A stretch of DNA of 64,000 bases. Origin: an uncultured Spirochaetota bacterium. Its GTDB lineage: Bacteria; Spirochaetota; Spirochaetia; SZUA-6; CAVTHK01. The translations under genes and the position numbers were made by a program. Each line of letters opens with the position of its first letter. The stretch's first letter is position 1. Positions 28,044-37,276 of this stretch are shown in pieces. The notes beneath the pieces were generated by a model. It did not search any database. It had not been told where the DNA came from and saw only the letters and a list, made by a program, of their open reading frames with translations. The stretch is from positions 288,001 to 352,000 of the forward strand of contig CAVTHK010000013.1 of NCBI GenBank assembly GCA_963734495.1, in the 5' to 3' direction.

Positions 28044-29153
28044 ATGAAAATTGGTGGAATACTCGCGGCGGCGTTGATGGCGGCGGGCACGATGGTGCAC
28101 GCCGAGGAGCCGCGGAATGAGAAGGTCCTCTTCAACTCCGAGAGGTTCGAGACGCCCGAGCTGGGGCGGCTGCGAAAGCTCTACAACTACGACGAGATGA
28201 TCTCGAAGGGCTCCACCGAGCTCGAGCAGATGCTGCTGCTCAAGAACTGGGTCTTCCGCAACGTGCCGTACCGCCACAACTACGACCTTTCGTACATGCA
28301 CGACAGCCTCGACATCCTCGGCCTCGCCACGTCGGGCGTCGGCTTCCTGTGCACGCAGTTTTCCACCGTGTACACCCAGCTCGCCGTGTCGATGGGCTGG
28401 ACTGCCCGCTACATCTTCAACCGCGACCGCAACGGCAACGAGCACTCGACCAACGAGATCTGGTCAAACCAGCTCGGAAAGTGGGTCTATATCGACGTGA
28501 CATGGAACCTGCACGTCGAAAAGAGCGGAGTGCCCCTCTCGGCGCTGGAGTTCCGCCGCGAGGTGCTGGCAAACGGCGGCCGCAACGTCGTCTTCGTCTT
28601 CGGCGCCGGCGCCAACGAGGCGCGCTACACCACGGCGCAGTTCCCCATCAAGCGCAAGGACAACCTCGCGTGGCAGGAGTGGCCGCTCGACGACTTCTAC
28701 CTGGGCTACACGTGGGAGATGGCCTGGATCGGACGGAACGACTTCTTCAGCAACGATTTCCTGTTCTGGGACAACATCCTGGTCTACCGCGACGACGCCA
28801 ATGAGGACGACGATACCTGGGGCTTCCGGCTCCAGCCTGACGCCGACGCCTCCACCCTCTATCACGACGTGAACCGGGTGGACATCCAGCTCTCCGCACG
28901 CGACGCCAGGGTGGCGACGGTCAAGCTCGACGCTTCGGGACCGCGGAACATAACGCCCAACTTCAAGGAGTTCCTGGTGCGGGTGAACGGGGGCGACTGG
29001 AAGGCGCTCAACGGCGACACGCTCTCCGTGGGCGTCACGGGGCCCAACGTCACGATCCAGGCGCGGGTGCGAAACAAGTTCGGCGTGCTCGGGCCGGTTA
29101 CGACGCGCGTCCTGCGGCCCTACGCGCAGCCGTTCACGGGCGTGCGGCCGTAA
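28044..29153 (+). CDS. Secreted transglutaminase-like (Cys-His-Asp) protein
   Basis: Signal peptide MKIGGILAAALMAAGTMVHA; FLCTQFS, EHSTNEIWS, WVYIDVTWN. Confidence 0.78.
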   Translation: MKIGGILAAALMAAGTMVHAEEPRNEKVLFNSERFETPELGRLRKLYNYDEMISKGSTELEQMLLLKNWVFRNVPYRHNYDLSYMHDSLDILGLATSGVGFLCTQFSTVYTQLAVSMGWTARYIFNRDRNGNEHSTNEIWSNQLGKWVYIDVTWNLHVEKSGVPLSALEFRREVLANGGRNVVFVFGAGANEARYTTAQFPIKRKDNLAWQEWPLDDFYLGYTWEMAWIGRNDFFSNDFLFWDNILVYRDDANEDDDTWGFRLQPDADASTLYHDVNRVDIQLSARDARVATVKLDASGPRNITPNFKEFLVRVNGGDWKALNGDTLSVGVTGPNVTIQARVRNKFGVLGPVTTRVLRPYAQPFTGVRP

Positions 29154-29190
29154 GCAGTCGCGGGCGGCGGGGCGCCGCCCTTCAACCTTT

Positions 29191-32136
29191 TCAATACTCC
29201 AGAACGATCCGCAGTGACGCAAGGCCGCGGCCGGGGACGCGGATGGAGACGGAACCGCCGTCGACGGCGGCCGCCGCGAGCCTGCGCTCCAGCAAGTCCA
29301 CCTGCTCGGCCGAGCGGATGCGTCCGAGAAGCGGAGCCGGCTCGACGCGCGCCACGGTCTCCTGTTCCGCGGGGTTGCAGAACCGCAGGATCAGCGCCTC
29401 GCCGTCCTCCGACCGCTTCAAGCCGCTCAGGACCGCGCCTTCGACGCGCAGGAACGAGGAGGAAGGCGGCAGGCGGCCCGGGCGGCTCGCGGTGCTCACC
29501 ACCGCGAGCTCCGTGTCGAACGCGGCAGCGGACCGGGCGACGGCCGCGCAGTCGAGCGACCCGGCGACGCAGGCGAGGCCGCAGCGCACCTCGTGCTGCC
29601 CGATCTCCGGCAGGGGGTCGGGCTCGAAGCTGCCGCGGATCAGCGTCAGCGCGAGGATGCCGTCGCGGAACGAGTGGCCGTGCTTGCAGTCGTTGTACAG
29701 CACGCAGGCGATTCGACGGCCGCGAGGCCCGGCCTCGACCGCGGCCCAGCGCAGCGCCGGGACCTCCTCGCCGCGGGCGAGCGAGCGCTCGAGCGCTCCG
29801 AACGGGATCTCGTAGACGGCGCGCGGCCGCGCCTCCGCTCCCGCAAAGGCCAGCGGGAGGGCGAGGCGCAGGACCGGGGTGCCGGCATCGCGGCTGCCGC
29901 GCTCCAGCCAGACGGCTTGCAGCCTGAGGTGCAGCCTCGGGTCACCGGCCCGCAGCTCGTACACGAGCCGCAGCTCGGACGCGGCCACGCGCATCGAGAC
30001 GGCGAGCGAGGCCACGTAAGGTCCCGCGGCGAGGCGCTCGATCTTCGTCACGACGGGCGCCGCCGCTGCGCCGGTGTGCTCGATCTCCCAGGCGCTCATG
30101 GGCCGCGCGCGCTCGACCGCGTACTGCAGGATCGAGGCGGCCCCTTCGACGAGCACGACGCCGCTCGGCACGTGCGCCAGGCGACGGATGCCGCCGCCGT
30201 TCGGATCGACCTCCAGGCTCAGGTGCTCGTTCTCGAGACCCTCGACGCCGCGCTCGTAGACGGCGTAGCGGCAGGGGTGGACGAATCCGAGCTGCCGCGC
30301 CGTCGATTGCGTCGCCGCAGCCTGCGCCAGGTCGGACCGGGGCTCCGGCTCGGTCTGCGCGGCGAGCGCCGGCACCGGCTTCTCCCGGAGGAACCAGCGG
30401 CTGTACCCGAGGCCCGGGACGGTCGCCGGAAACGCCACGCGCTGGAAACGATGCCCCCAGTACGTGCCGCGCTCGAGGACCTGGGCTCGGGCAAGCGAAC
30501 CGTCGGGCCCCTCAGCGTCGAGCTCGACGGAGTCGGGGCTCTCCCAGCCCCAGCCGGGATCCCAGACGGCAGCCTCGACGATTTCCTCGCGCTCAGCCTC
30601 CGTCGTGTTGAAGATCACCAGCGGATGGACTCCCGTGCCCGCGTCGGCCGCGTAGCTGCTCAGGCCGCCGTCGGCCGACCCGTGTCCCGCGCCGGAGCCG
30701 GGCGCCGTCGGCGCAAGGGCCGCGGGCAGGTCCGTCTCCGCCCCCTGCGTGTCGCTGGTGTCGACGAGCCCGGCGATCGCGCGGAGCGCCCGCGTCCCGG
30801 CCGAGGCCGTGAACGCCACGACCTGCTGGTACAGGCCGTGCGCGTAGGTGCGGGTGTCGCGCACGCCGGAGCCGGGCAGGATGTCGTGGAAATGACTGAA
30901 CAGAGCGTCCCGCCAGGCCTGCTCGAGGCCGTCGGCCGGGTAAGGGACGCCTGCGACCCGCTCGCCGAGCAGGCAGGCGGCCTCGGCGTCGGCGAGGCGC
31001 TTCTCCGCGAAGCGGTTGGACTTCTTGATGAGCGTCTGCGTCGTGTAGCAGCCGGTGAACTCGAAGTTCAGCTCCCCCTCCAGGACGGGCAGGCGCGCGC
31101 CTTCGGCTTCGAGCCGCTCGAAGAACTGCTTCGCCGTCGCGAAGACGAGCTTCGGGAAGACCGGCCACTCCGCCATGTCGAGGAGAACCGCGAGATCGCG
31201 CCGCGTCGGACCGCCGCCGTGGTCGCCGACGCCGTAGACGAACATCGTAAATTGAAGGCCGGCTTCCCGCCTGAACGGCACCAGGCTGTGGGACACGACC
31301 TGCGGTCCGATGACGCCGTTGTAGCCGAGCGCGCGGTCGTTGCGCACCAGCACGCGCGAGCCGTCCGCCGCCGCCCACCAGAACGCGCCGGGCACGTCCG
31401 GCCTGCCGTGGACGCCGGGACGATGCAGGTAGAGGTAGCGCACGCCGCCCTGCGCGAGGTAGGTCGGCACGGTTGCCGCGTGGCCGAACGTGTCGGGCGA
31501 CCAGTCGATGGGCACGTCTTCGGGCGCGAGCCCGAAGAGGCGCTGCATGTAGCGCCGCGTGTAGAGGAGGTGCCGGCAGAGGCTCTCGCCCGAGACCATG
31601 TTCTTGTCCGTCTCGACCCAGTGGGACGCGGTCACCTCCCAGCGTCCCTCGCGCACCCGCCTCTGCACCTGCTCGAGCAGGTCGGGGCGGTAGCGCTCGA
31701 GGATCGCGTAGACGCTCGCCTGGCTCTGGCTGAAGGTGAGCTGCGGGAACTCCTCCATCAGCCGCAGCACCGTCGTGAGCGTGTCGATGGTCACCGAGAC
31801 CGTCTCCGGCCACGACCACATCCAGTTCATGTCGATGTGGGCGTGGCCCACGCAGTAGACCGTGCAGGCTTTTGCCGCCTCGCCGATCGGCGCCATCAGC
31901 CGTTCCGCCTCGCGAACCGCGTCGCGCACTCGCGCCGCGTCGCCGCGCTCGGCCGCGGCTTCGACCACCGACGACGCCTTGTCGACCAGCTCGAGCCACT
32001 CCTCCTCGCGCGCCGGATCCGAAGCCGCCAGCTCGCGCGCGAACGCGGCCTGCGCCGCGAATCGCGTCCTCTCGTATCCGACGAGGGCGAGCGTCTTTTG
32101 AAAACCCCGCTCCGGCCCCTGCTGCCCGTTCGCCAT
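29191..32136 (-). CDS. Alpha-mannosidase, GH38
   Basis: GHAHIDMNWMW, PDTFGH, YGVGDHGGGPT, FHDILPGS. Confidence 0.92.
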   Translation of the reverse strand: MANGQQGPERGFQKTLALVGYERTRFAAQAAFARELAASDPAREEEWLELVDKASSVVEAAAERGDAARVRDAVREAERLMAPIGEAAKACTVYCVGHAHIDMNWMWSWPETVSVTIDTLTTVLRLMEEFPQLTFSQSQASVYAILERYRPDLLEQVQRRVREGRWEVTASHWVETDKNMVSGESLCRHLLYTRRYMQRLFGLAPEDVPIDWSPDTFGHAATVPTYLAQGGVRYLYLHRPGVHGRPDVPGAFWWAAADGSRVLVRNDRALGYNGVIGPQVVSHSLVPFRREAGLQFTMFVYGVGDHGGGPTRRDLAVLLDMAEWPVFPKLVFATAKQFFERLEAEGARLPVLEGELNFEFTGCYTTQTLIKKSNRFAEKRLADAEAACLLGERVAGVPYPADGLEQAWRDALFSHFHDILPGSGVRDTRTYAHGLYQQVVAFTASAGTRALRAIAGLVDTSDTQGAETDLPAALAPTAPGSGAGHGSADGGLSSYAADAGTGVHPLVIFNTTEAEREEIVEAAVWDPGWGWESPDSVELDAEGPDGSLARAQVLERGTYWGHRFQRVAFPATVPGLGYSRWFLREKPVPALAAQTEPEPRSDLAQAAATQSTARQLGFVHPCRYAVYERGVEGLENEHLSLEVDPNGGGIRRLAHVPSGVVLVEGAASILQYAVERARPMSAWEIEHTGAAAAPVVTKIERLAAGPYVASLAVSMRVAASELRLVYELRAGDPRLHLRLQAVWLERGSRDAGTPVLRLALPLAFAGAEARPRAVYEIPFGALERSLARGEEVPALRWAAVEAGPRGRRIACVLYNDCKHGHSFRDGILALTLIRGSFEPDPLPEIGQHEVRCGLACVAGSLDCAAVARSAAAFDTELAVVSTASRPGRLPPSSSFLRVEGAVLSGLKRSEDGEALILRFCNPAEQETVARVEPAPLLGRIRSAEQVDLLERRLAAAAVDGGSVSIRVPGRGLASLRIVLEY

Positions 32137-32280
32137 GCGATCCCCCCAACTGCCGGCCCGCGCCGGCCCCTGCGCTACTGCTAAGGCGTTTTGCCCGAAG
32201 CGTCAACCCGGGCGAACCGCGGCCGGCAGCGCGCGGCTGCAGCCGTTGACGCAGCCGTTTCATTTGGCGACCTTCGAACT

Positions 32281-33409
32281 ATGACCGACACGCACCATCA
32301 CGAGGCGCAGCACGCGCACGGCAGCCACCACCACGGAGTCGCCGCTGCGCCGATCGCGTGCCCCCATGCCCTCGGCCTCGCGATCCCGCTGGTCGTGGCG
32401 GTGTCCACGGCGCTTTCCGCGCGCAACGGCCTGCTCGTGCGCAACCGCGCCGCCTTCGAAAAGGCCCGCGGCATCGGCGCGGTCATCTTCGACAAGACGG
32501 GAACGCTCACGCGGGGCGAGCTCGGCGTCACCGAAACGATCGTCCTGGATCCGCGCTACGACGGAGAGCAGATCCTCGAGTACGCGGCGTCGGTCGAGGC
32601 GAGCTCGGAGCACCCGATCGCCCGCGGCATCGTGAGGGCCGCGGCGCGGACTCAAGCTGTGGACCGGTTCCGCGCGATCCCCGGCAAGGGGGCGGAGGGA
32701 ATCGTCGCCGGCAGGAAGGTGATGGTGGCGAGCCCCGCGTGGCTCAAAGAGCTCGGCCACGACAGCGACGACCCGAGGGTCCGCGCGCTCGCCGACCAGG
32801 GCATGACCGTGGTCTTTGTCGTGATCGACGGCTCGCCCGCGGGCGCCGTGGCCCTTGCGGACACCGTGCGCGAGGAGGACGTCGAGGCGGTCGCGAGGCT
32901 GCGCGCCATGGGCATACGCACCATGATGCTCACGGGCGACAACCGGAAGGTCGCGTCGTGGGTGGGCAGCCGGATCGGGATCGACGAAGTGTTCGCCGAG
33001 GTTCTGCCCCACGAAAAGGCCCTCAAGGTCAAGGAAGTCCAGGCACGCGGGCTCGTGGTGGCCATGACGGGCGACGGCGTCAACGACGCGCCCGCGCTCG
33101 CCCAGGCGGACGTCGGCATCGCCATCGGCGCGGGAACCGACGTCGCCGTCGAGACCGCGGACATCGTGCTGGTCCGATCGAGCCCGCTGGACGCGGTGGC
33201 CGTCATCGGGCTGGCTCGCGCAACGTACCGGAAGATGGTGCAGAACCTCGCGTGGGCCACGGGCTACAATCTCAGTCACTCTCCCGCTCGCCGCGGGCGT
33301 GCTGTCCGGCGCCGGCATCGTGCTTTCGCCGGCGATGGGCGCGGTCTTCATGTCGCTGAGCACGGTGATCGTGGCCATCAACGCCCGGCTGCTGCGCGTC
33401 CGCCGCTGA
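32281..33409 (+). pseudogene. copB: P1B-3 (CopB-like) heavy-metal ATPase lacking the actuator and N-terminal TMs; frameshift near 33274
   Basis: His-rich start joined directly to [46 protein letters not shown] after removing one base. Confidence 0.8.
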
Positions 33410-33447
33410 GGCGGCGCCCGCGCGCAGGCGCGGGCGCGCCCGCGGCC

Positions 33448-34533
33448 CTACTTGGCCGAGAGGTACCCTTCAGCCTTCAAGAGCTCGGCGGTGAGGACGC
33501 CGCCGCCCGCCGCGCCGCGGATCGTGTTGTGCGACAGGCAGACGAAGCGCCAGTCGACGAGGCGGTCTTCGCGGAGGCGCCCCAGCGTGATCCCCATGCC
33601 GCCGCCGTAGTCACGGTCGAGGCGGGTCTGGGGGCGGCTGTCTTCGTCGTAATACTTGAGGAAGGGTCTGGGCGCGCTCGGGAGGCCCAGCTTCTGCGGC
33701 TTTGCCTCGAACGAGGCCCAGAGCTCGAGGATGCGATCGCGCGAAGCCTTCTTGCGCAGCGCGAGGAACACGGCGGCGAGATGGCCGTCGGTGACCGGGA
33801 CGCGGATGCACTGGCTCGTGATCACCGGGCCGTCGGCGGGAACGATGCTGCCGTCGACGATGCGGCCCCAGATCTTCAGCGGCTCCTTCTCGCTCTTCTC
33901 CTCTTCGCCGCTGATGTACGGGATCACGTTGTCCATCATCTCGGGCCACTGCTTGAAGGTCTTGCCGGCGCCGGAGATCGCCTGGTAGGTGGCGACAAAG
34001 ACCTTTTCGGGTCCGAGCTCGCGCAGCGGCTCCAGGGCAGGCACGTAGCTCTGGATCGAGCAGTTGGGCTTGACCGCGATGAACCCGTTGCGCACGCCGA
34101 GGCGCTTGCGCTGCGTGGGGATGATCGCGGCATGATCCGCGTTGATCTCGGGGATCATCATGGGCACGTCGGGCGTCCAGCGGTGCGCGGAGTTGCTGGA
34201 GATCACGGGAGTCTCGGAGCGCGCGTAGCGCTCCTCGAGCGCGCGCGTCTCGTCCTTGGGCATGTCGACGGCGCAGAAGACGAAGTCCACGGCCGACGCG
34301 ATCTTCTCGACGTCCGACGCCTTCGCGACCGTGAGCGCGGCCACGCGGGGCGGGATCGGGCCGGGCAGCGTCCAGCGGCTTTCGACCGCCTCCTTGTAGG
34401 CCTTGCCCGCCGACCGCTCGCTCGCGGAGACCGACACGATCTCGAACCACGGATGGTCCGCGAGGAGGCTGACGAAGCGCTGTCCCACCATCCCGGTGGC
34501 CCCGACGATCCCGACTCGAAGCTTGCTGCTCAT
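33448..34533 (-). CDS. asd: Aspartate-semialdehyde dehydrogenase
   Basis: GATGMVG, KPNCS, QAISGAG, HNTIRGAAG. Confidence 0.95.
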   Translation of the reverse strand: MSSKLRVGIVGATGMVGQRFVSLLADHPWFEIVSVSASERSAGKAYKEAVESRWTLPGPIPPRVAALTVAKASDVEKIASAVDFVFCAVDMPKDETRALEERYARSETPVISSNSAHRWTPDVPMMIPEINADHAAIIPTQRKRLGVRNGFIAVKPNCSIQSYVPALEPLRELGPEKVFVATYQAISGAGKTFKQWPEMMDNVIPYISGEEEKSEKEPLKIWGRIVDGSIVPADGPVITSQCIRVPVTDGHLAAVFLALRKKASRDRILELWASFEAKPQKLGLPSAPRPFLKYYDEDSRPQTRLDRDYGGGMGITLGRLREDRLVDWRFVCLSHNTIRGAAGGGVLTAELLKAEGYLSAK

Positions 34534-34678
34534 ACCTCCGCCTCGAACGACTCACCGTTCATTTCGCAAGAGAACATGGTACAAAGGCAGCGGGCGGGTC
34601 AAGGGCCAGGCGCGGGCCGCGCGCCGTGGGAGAATCCCGCGCCTCGCCGCCGGCCCCGCCGCCTGCTAAAATGTCGGC

Positions 34679-35629
34679 ATGAGCGACCCGATCACCTCGC
34701 GCATCCTCCGCGAAGCCGGGAGCCCCGAGCTGCTCGCCACTCTCGCCGAGCGCCTGGCGCCGACCGACCTGAAGTCGCTGCTGCTGCGGGTGTACAGGCT
34801 CCGCGCAGCCCGCATGAGCCCGCGGGAGGTGCTGCAGGCGTACGCGCTGCAGAAGCTGCCGCGGCCGTCGGGGGTCGACGCGCGGCTGCTCGCGGAGCTC
34901 CGTCGACTCGCCTACACCGTGCTGCCGGAGGGGTTCGAAGCGCTCGAGCTCTCGCCCGTGGCGCCGCTCGGCGTCGTGTCGGTCCTCACGAACCTCGACC
35001 AGAATCAGGCGCTCGCGACCGTCGGCGCCTGCGAGGTGTGCTCGGACCCGACCAATGTGCTGGCGCTCGAGTGCGCGCTGCGGCGCAGCAACGCCGGGCG
35101 TCAGAAGGGGGGAAGCGCGCCGGCGGTGAGCCTCGCGACGACGCTCCGCTGCCTGCGTCCCCAGACCGAACCGGCGCCCGGCGTGGTGCCCCACTTCGAG
35201 CTGCTCGCCCTGTGCAGCGCGGGCAGCGATCCCGGAAACCACGCCTTCGAGTCCGGCGCGTTCCTCACTCACATCCGCACCTACATCGCGTTCCTCGAGG
35301 CGACGCGACCGCTCGGGCTGCGATGCGCGAAGCTGCGGGTCGCGCTCACGGCCTTTTCCGAGGCCGCGGCACCATGGCTGCGCGCCGGCGTCGAGCGGCC
35401 GCTGCGGCAAGAGGGGCATGCGGTCGACGCCGAGCCGGAACGCGGGCAGGGGCGCAACTACTACGGCGAGGCGGCGTTCCACGTCTACGGCACCAGCGCC
35501 GACGGCAAGGAGCACCAGCTCGCCGACGGCGGCCTGGTGGGCTGGACGCAGGTCCTGCTCGGCAACCGGAAGGAGAGGCTGCTCATCAGCGGCCTGGGTC
35601 TCGAGCGCCTGGGCAGCCTCTTTTCCTGA
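34679..35629 (+). CDS. Hypothetical protein with class II aaRS-like catalytic motifs
   Basis: LRPQ..PHFELLAL (motif 2-like), LADGG, terminal GLGLERL (motif 3-like). Confidence 0.7.
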   Translation: MSDPITSRILREAGSPELLATLAERLAPTDLKSLLLRVYRLRAARMSPREVLQAYALQKLPRPSGVDARLLAELRRLAYTVLPEGFEALELSPVAPLGVVSVLTNLDQNQALATVGACEVCSDPTNVLALECALRRSNAGRQKGGSAPAVSLATTLRCLRPQTEPAPGVVPHFELLALCSAGSDPGNHAFESGAFLTHIRTYIAFLEATRPLGLRCAKLRVALTAFSEAAAPWLRAGVERPLRQEGHAVDAEPERGQGRNYYGEAAFHVYGTSADGKEHQLADGGLVGWTQVLLGNRKERLLISGLGLERLGSLFS

Positions 35630-35652
35630 CGCCGCGGCGGACCGCGCCCGGC

Positions 35653-37137
35653 CTATCCCTTCGCCCCGACCGCGACGCGCGAGCCGATGTCCGCGAAAGC
35701 CCGGTCGATCAGCGCAGCGGCGGGCGGTGCGGTCACGGCGCTGACCAGGGGAACGACCGCGAACGGCACGATCATCGCGATCGAGGCCGCGATGGGCGAG
35801 TTGGCGGGGCCGAGCACGAAGAAAAGCGCCACTCCGAGCGCCGCGCCCGTCGTCATCCCCGCGGCGACGCCGGCCGTGGTCGCCCGCTTCCAGTACAGCC
35901 CGTACAGGAAGGGCGCCATGAACGCGCCGGCAACCACGCCCCAGGACAGGGACATCAGGGTCACGATCACTTCGATCTCGTAGCGGGCGATCGCGAAAGA
36001 GAACAGGACGAAGAACCCGCTCAAGATGCGCATGAGCGCCAGGGGCTTGCCGCTCGAGTCCTTCGGCGAGAGCCGCGCCTTGTACAGGTCGATGGCGATC
36101 GCCGAGGCGGACACCAGCACGAGCGAAGAGAGCGTCGACATCGACGCGGACAGGACCAGAAGCAGGATCACGGCGAGCAGCGGGTCCGGGAGCTGCTGCT
36201 TGAGCATCGCCGGGATGAGCCGGTCGAAATCGACCTTGCCTCCGACGACCGGGGGAGCGTCGAAGAACACGTGCGAGAGCACTCCCGTGAAGTAGGCGGC
36301 GAACACGATGATGGCCGCGAACGCCGTCGTCACCCACGTGGCAGTGCGGATGACGCGCACGTCCTTGATGGCGTAGAACTTCTGCACCATCTGGGGCAGC
36401 CCCCAGGTGCCGAACGACGTCATGAACACGAGGCCGGCCAGCAGCACCAGGCTCGGCTGCTTTGCGGGCGGGACGTGCTGCGCGTACCGCGTCGCGGCGA
36501 GATTGAGCGCTTCGCCGAGCCCCCCGGCCTTGCCCACCAGGACCGCGACCATGAGGATCGAGCCCACGATCATGATAAGCCCCTGCACGAAGTCCGTGGC
36601 CGCGATCGCGAAGTAGCCGCCGAGCACCAGGTAGATGCCGGTGATCACGATCATGATCAGGAGCGCCAGGTCGTACGAGATGCCGAACACCGCTTCGAAG
36701 AGGTGGCCAAGCCCTTTGAAGATCGAGGCCGAGTAGGGCAGCAGGAACACGAAGATGATGAGCGCCGCCGCGGTCTTGAGGTACCCGGCGTCGAAGCGCT
36801 CCGCGAGGAACTCGGGCATCGTCATCGCGCCGAGGCTCTGCGTCATGCTGCGCGTGCGCCTGCCGAGGACCATCCAGGCCGCCATCGACCCGAACACCGT
36901 GTTGCCGAGCGAGATCAGCAGCACGCGGGGCCCGAAACCCCACCCCAGCTTTCCGGCGAACCCGATAAAGACCACGGCCGAAAAGTAGGTCGTGCCGTAC
37001 GCGATGGCCGACATCCAGGGCCCGACTTTGCGGCCGCCCAGAAAAAAGTCGCCGAGAGTACGGGTGCGCGACATCCCCCACAGGCCGATGCCCACCATGG
37101 CTGCGACGAACACGGAGGTCAATACGATGGCAAACAT
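35653..37137 (-). CDS. Sodium:solute symporter (PutP-like)
   Basis: DFFLGGR, YGTTYFSA, GLPQ..KFY, SASMSTLSS; about 13 TMs. Confidence 0.92.
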   Translation of the reverse strand: MFAIVLTSVFVAAMVGIGLWGMSRTRTLGDFFLGGRKVGPWMSAIAYGTTYFSAVVFIGFAGKLGWGFGPRVLLISLGNTVFGSMAAWMVLGRRTRSMTQSLGAMTMPEFLAERFDAGYLKTAAALIIFVFLLPYSASIFKGLGHLFEAVFGISYDLALLIMIVITGIYLVLGGYFAIAATDFVQGLIMIVGSILMVAVLVGKAGGLGEALNLAATRYAQHVPPAKQPSLVLLAGLVFMTSFGTWGLPQMVQKFYAIKDVRVIRTATWVTTAFAAIIVFAAYFTGVLSHVFFDAPPVVGGKVDFDRLIPAMLKQQLPDPLLAVILLLVLSASMSTLSSLVLVSASAIAIDLYKARLSPKDSSGKPLALMRILSGFFVLFSFAIARYEIEVIVTLMSLSWGVVAGAFMAPFLYGLYWKRATTAGVAAGMTTGAALGVALFFVLGPANSPIAASIAMIVPFAVVPLVSAVTAPPAAALIDRAFADIGSRVAVGAKG

Positions 37138-37276
37138 GGCGCCAAGGAGATCACGACTCGCGGGCCAAGATCAAGAGACAAGAGCGAAATTGAAGGGACG
37201 CGTTCGGTTGTCCTCGACGCGGGCCCGAAAACTCAAGCGAATCGCTCAGATTTCAGAAGCCGCGCGGCAGCCGCGC

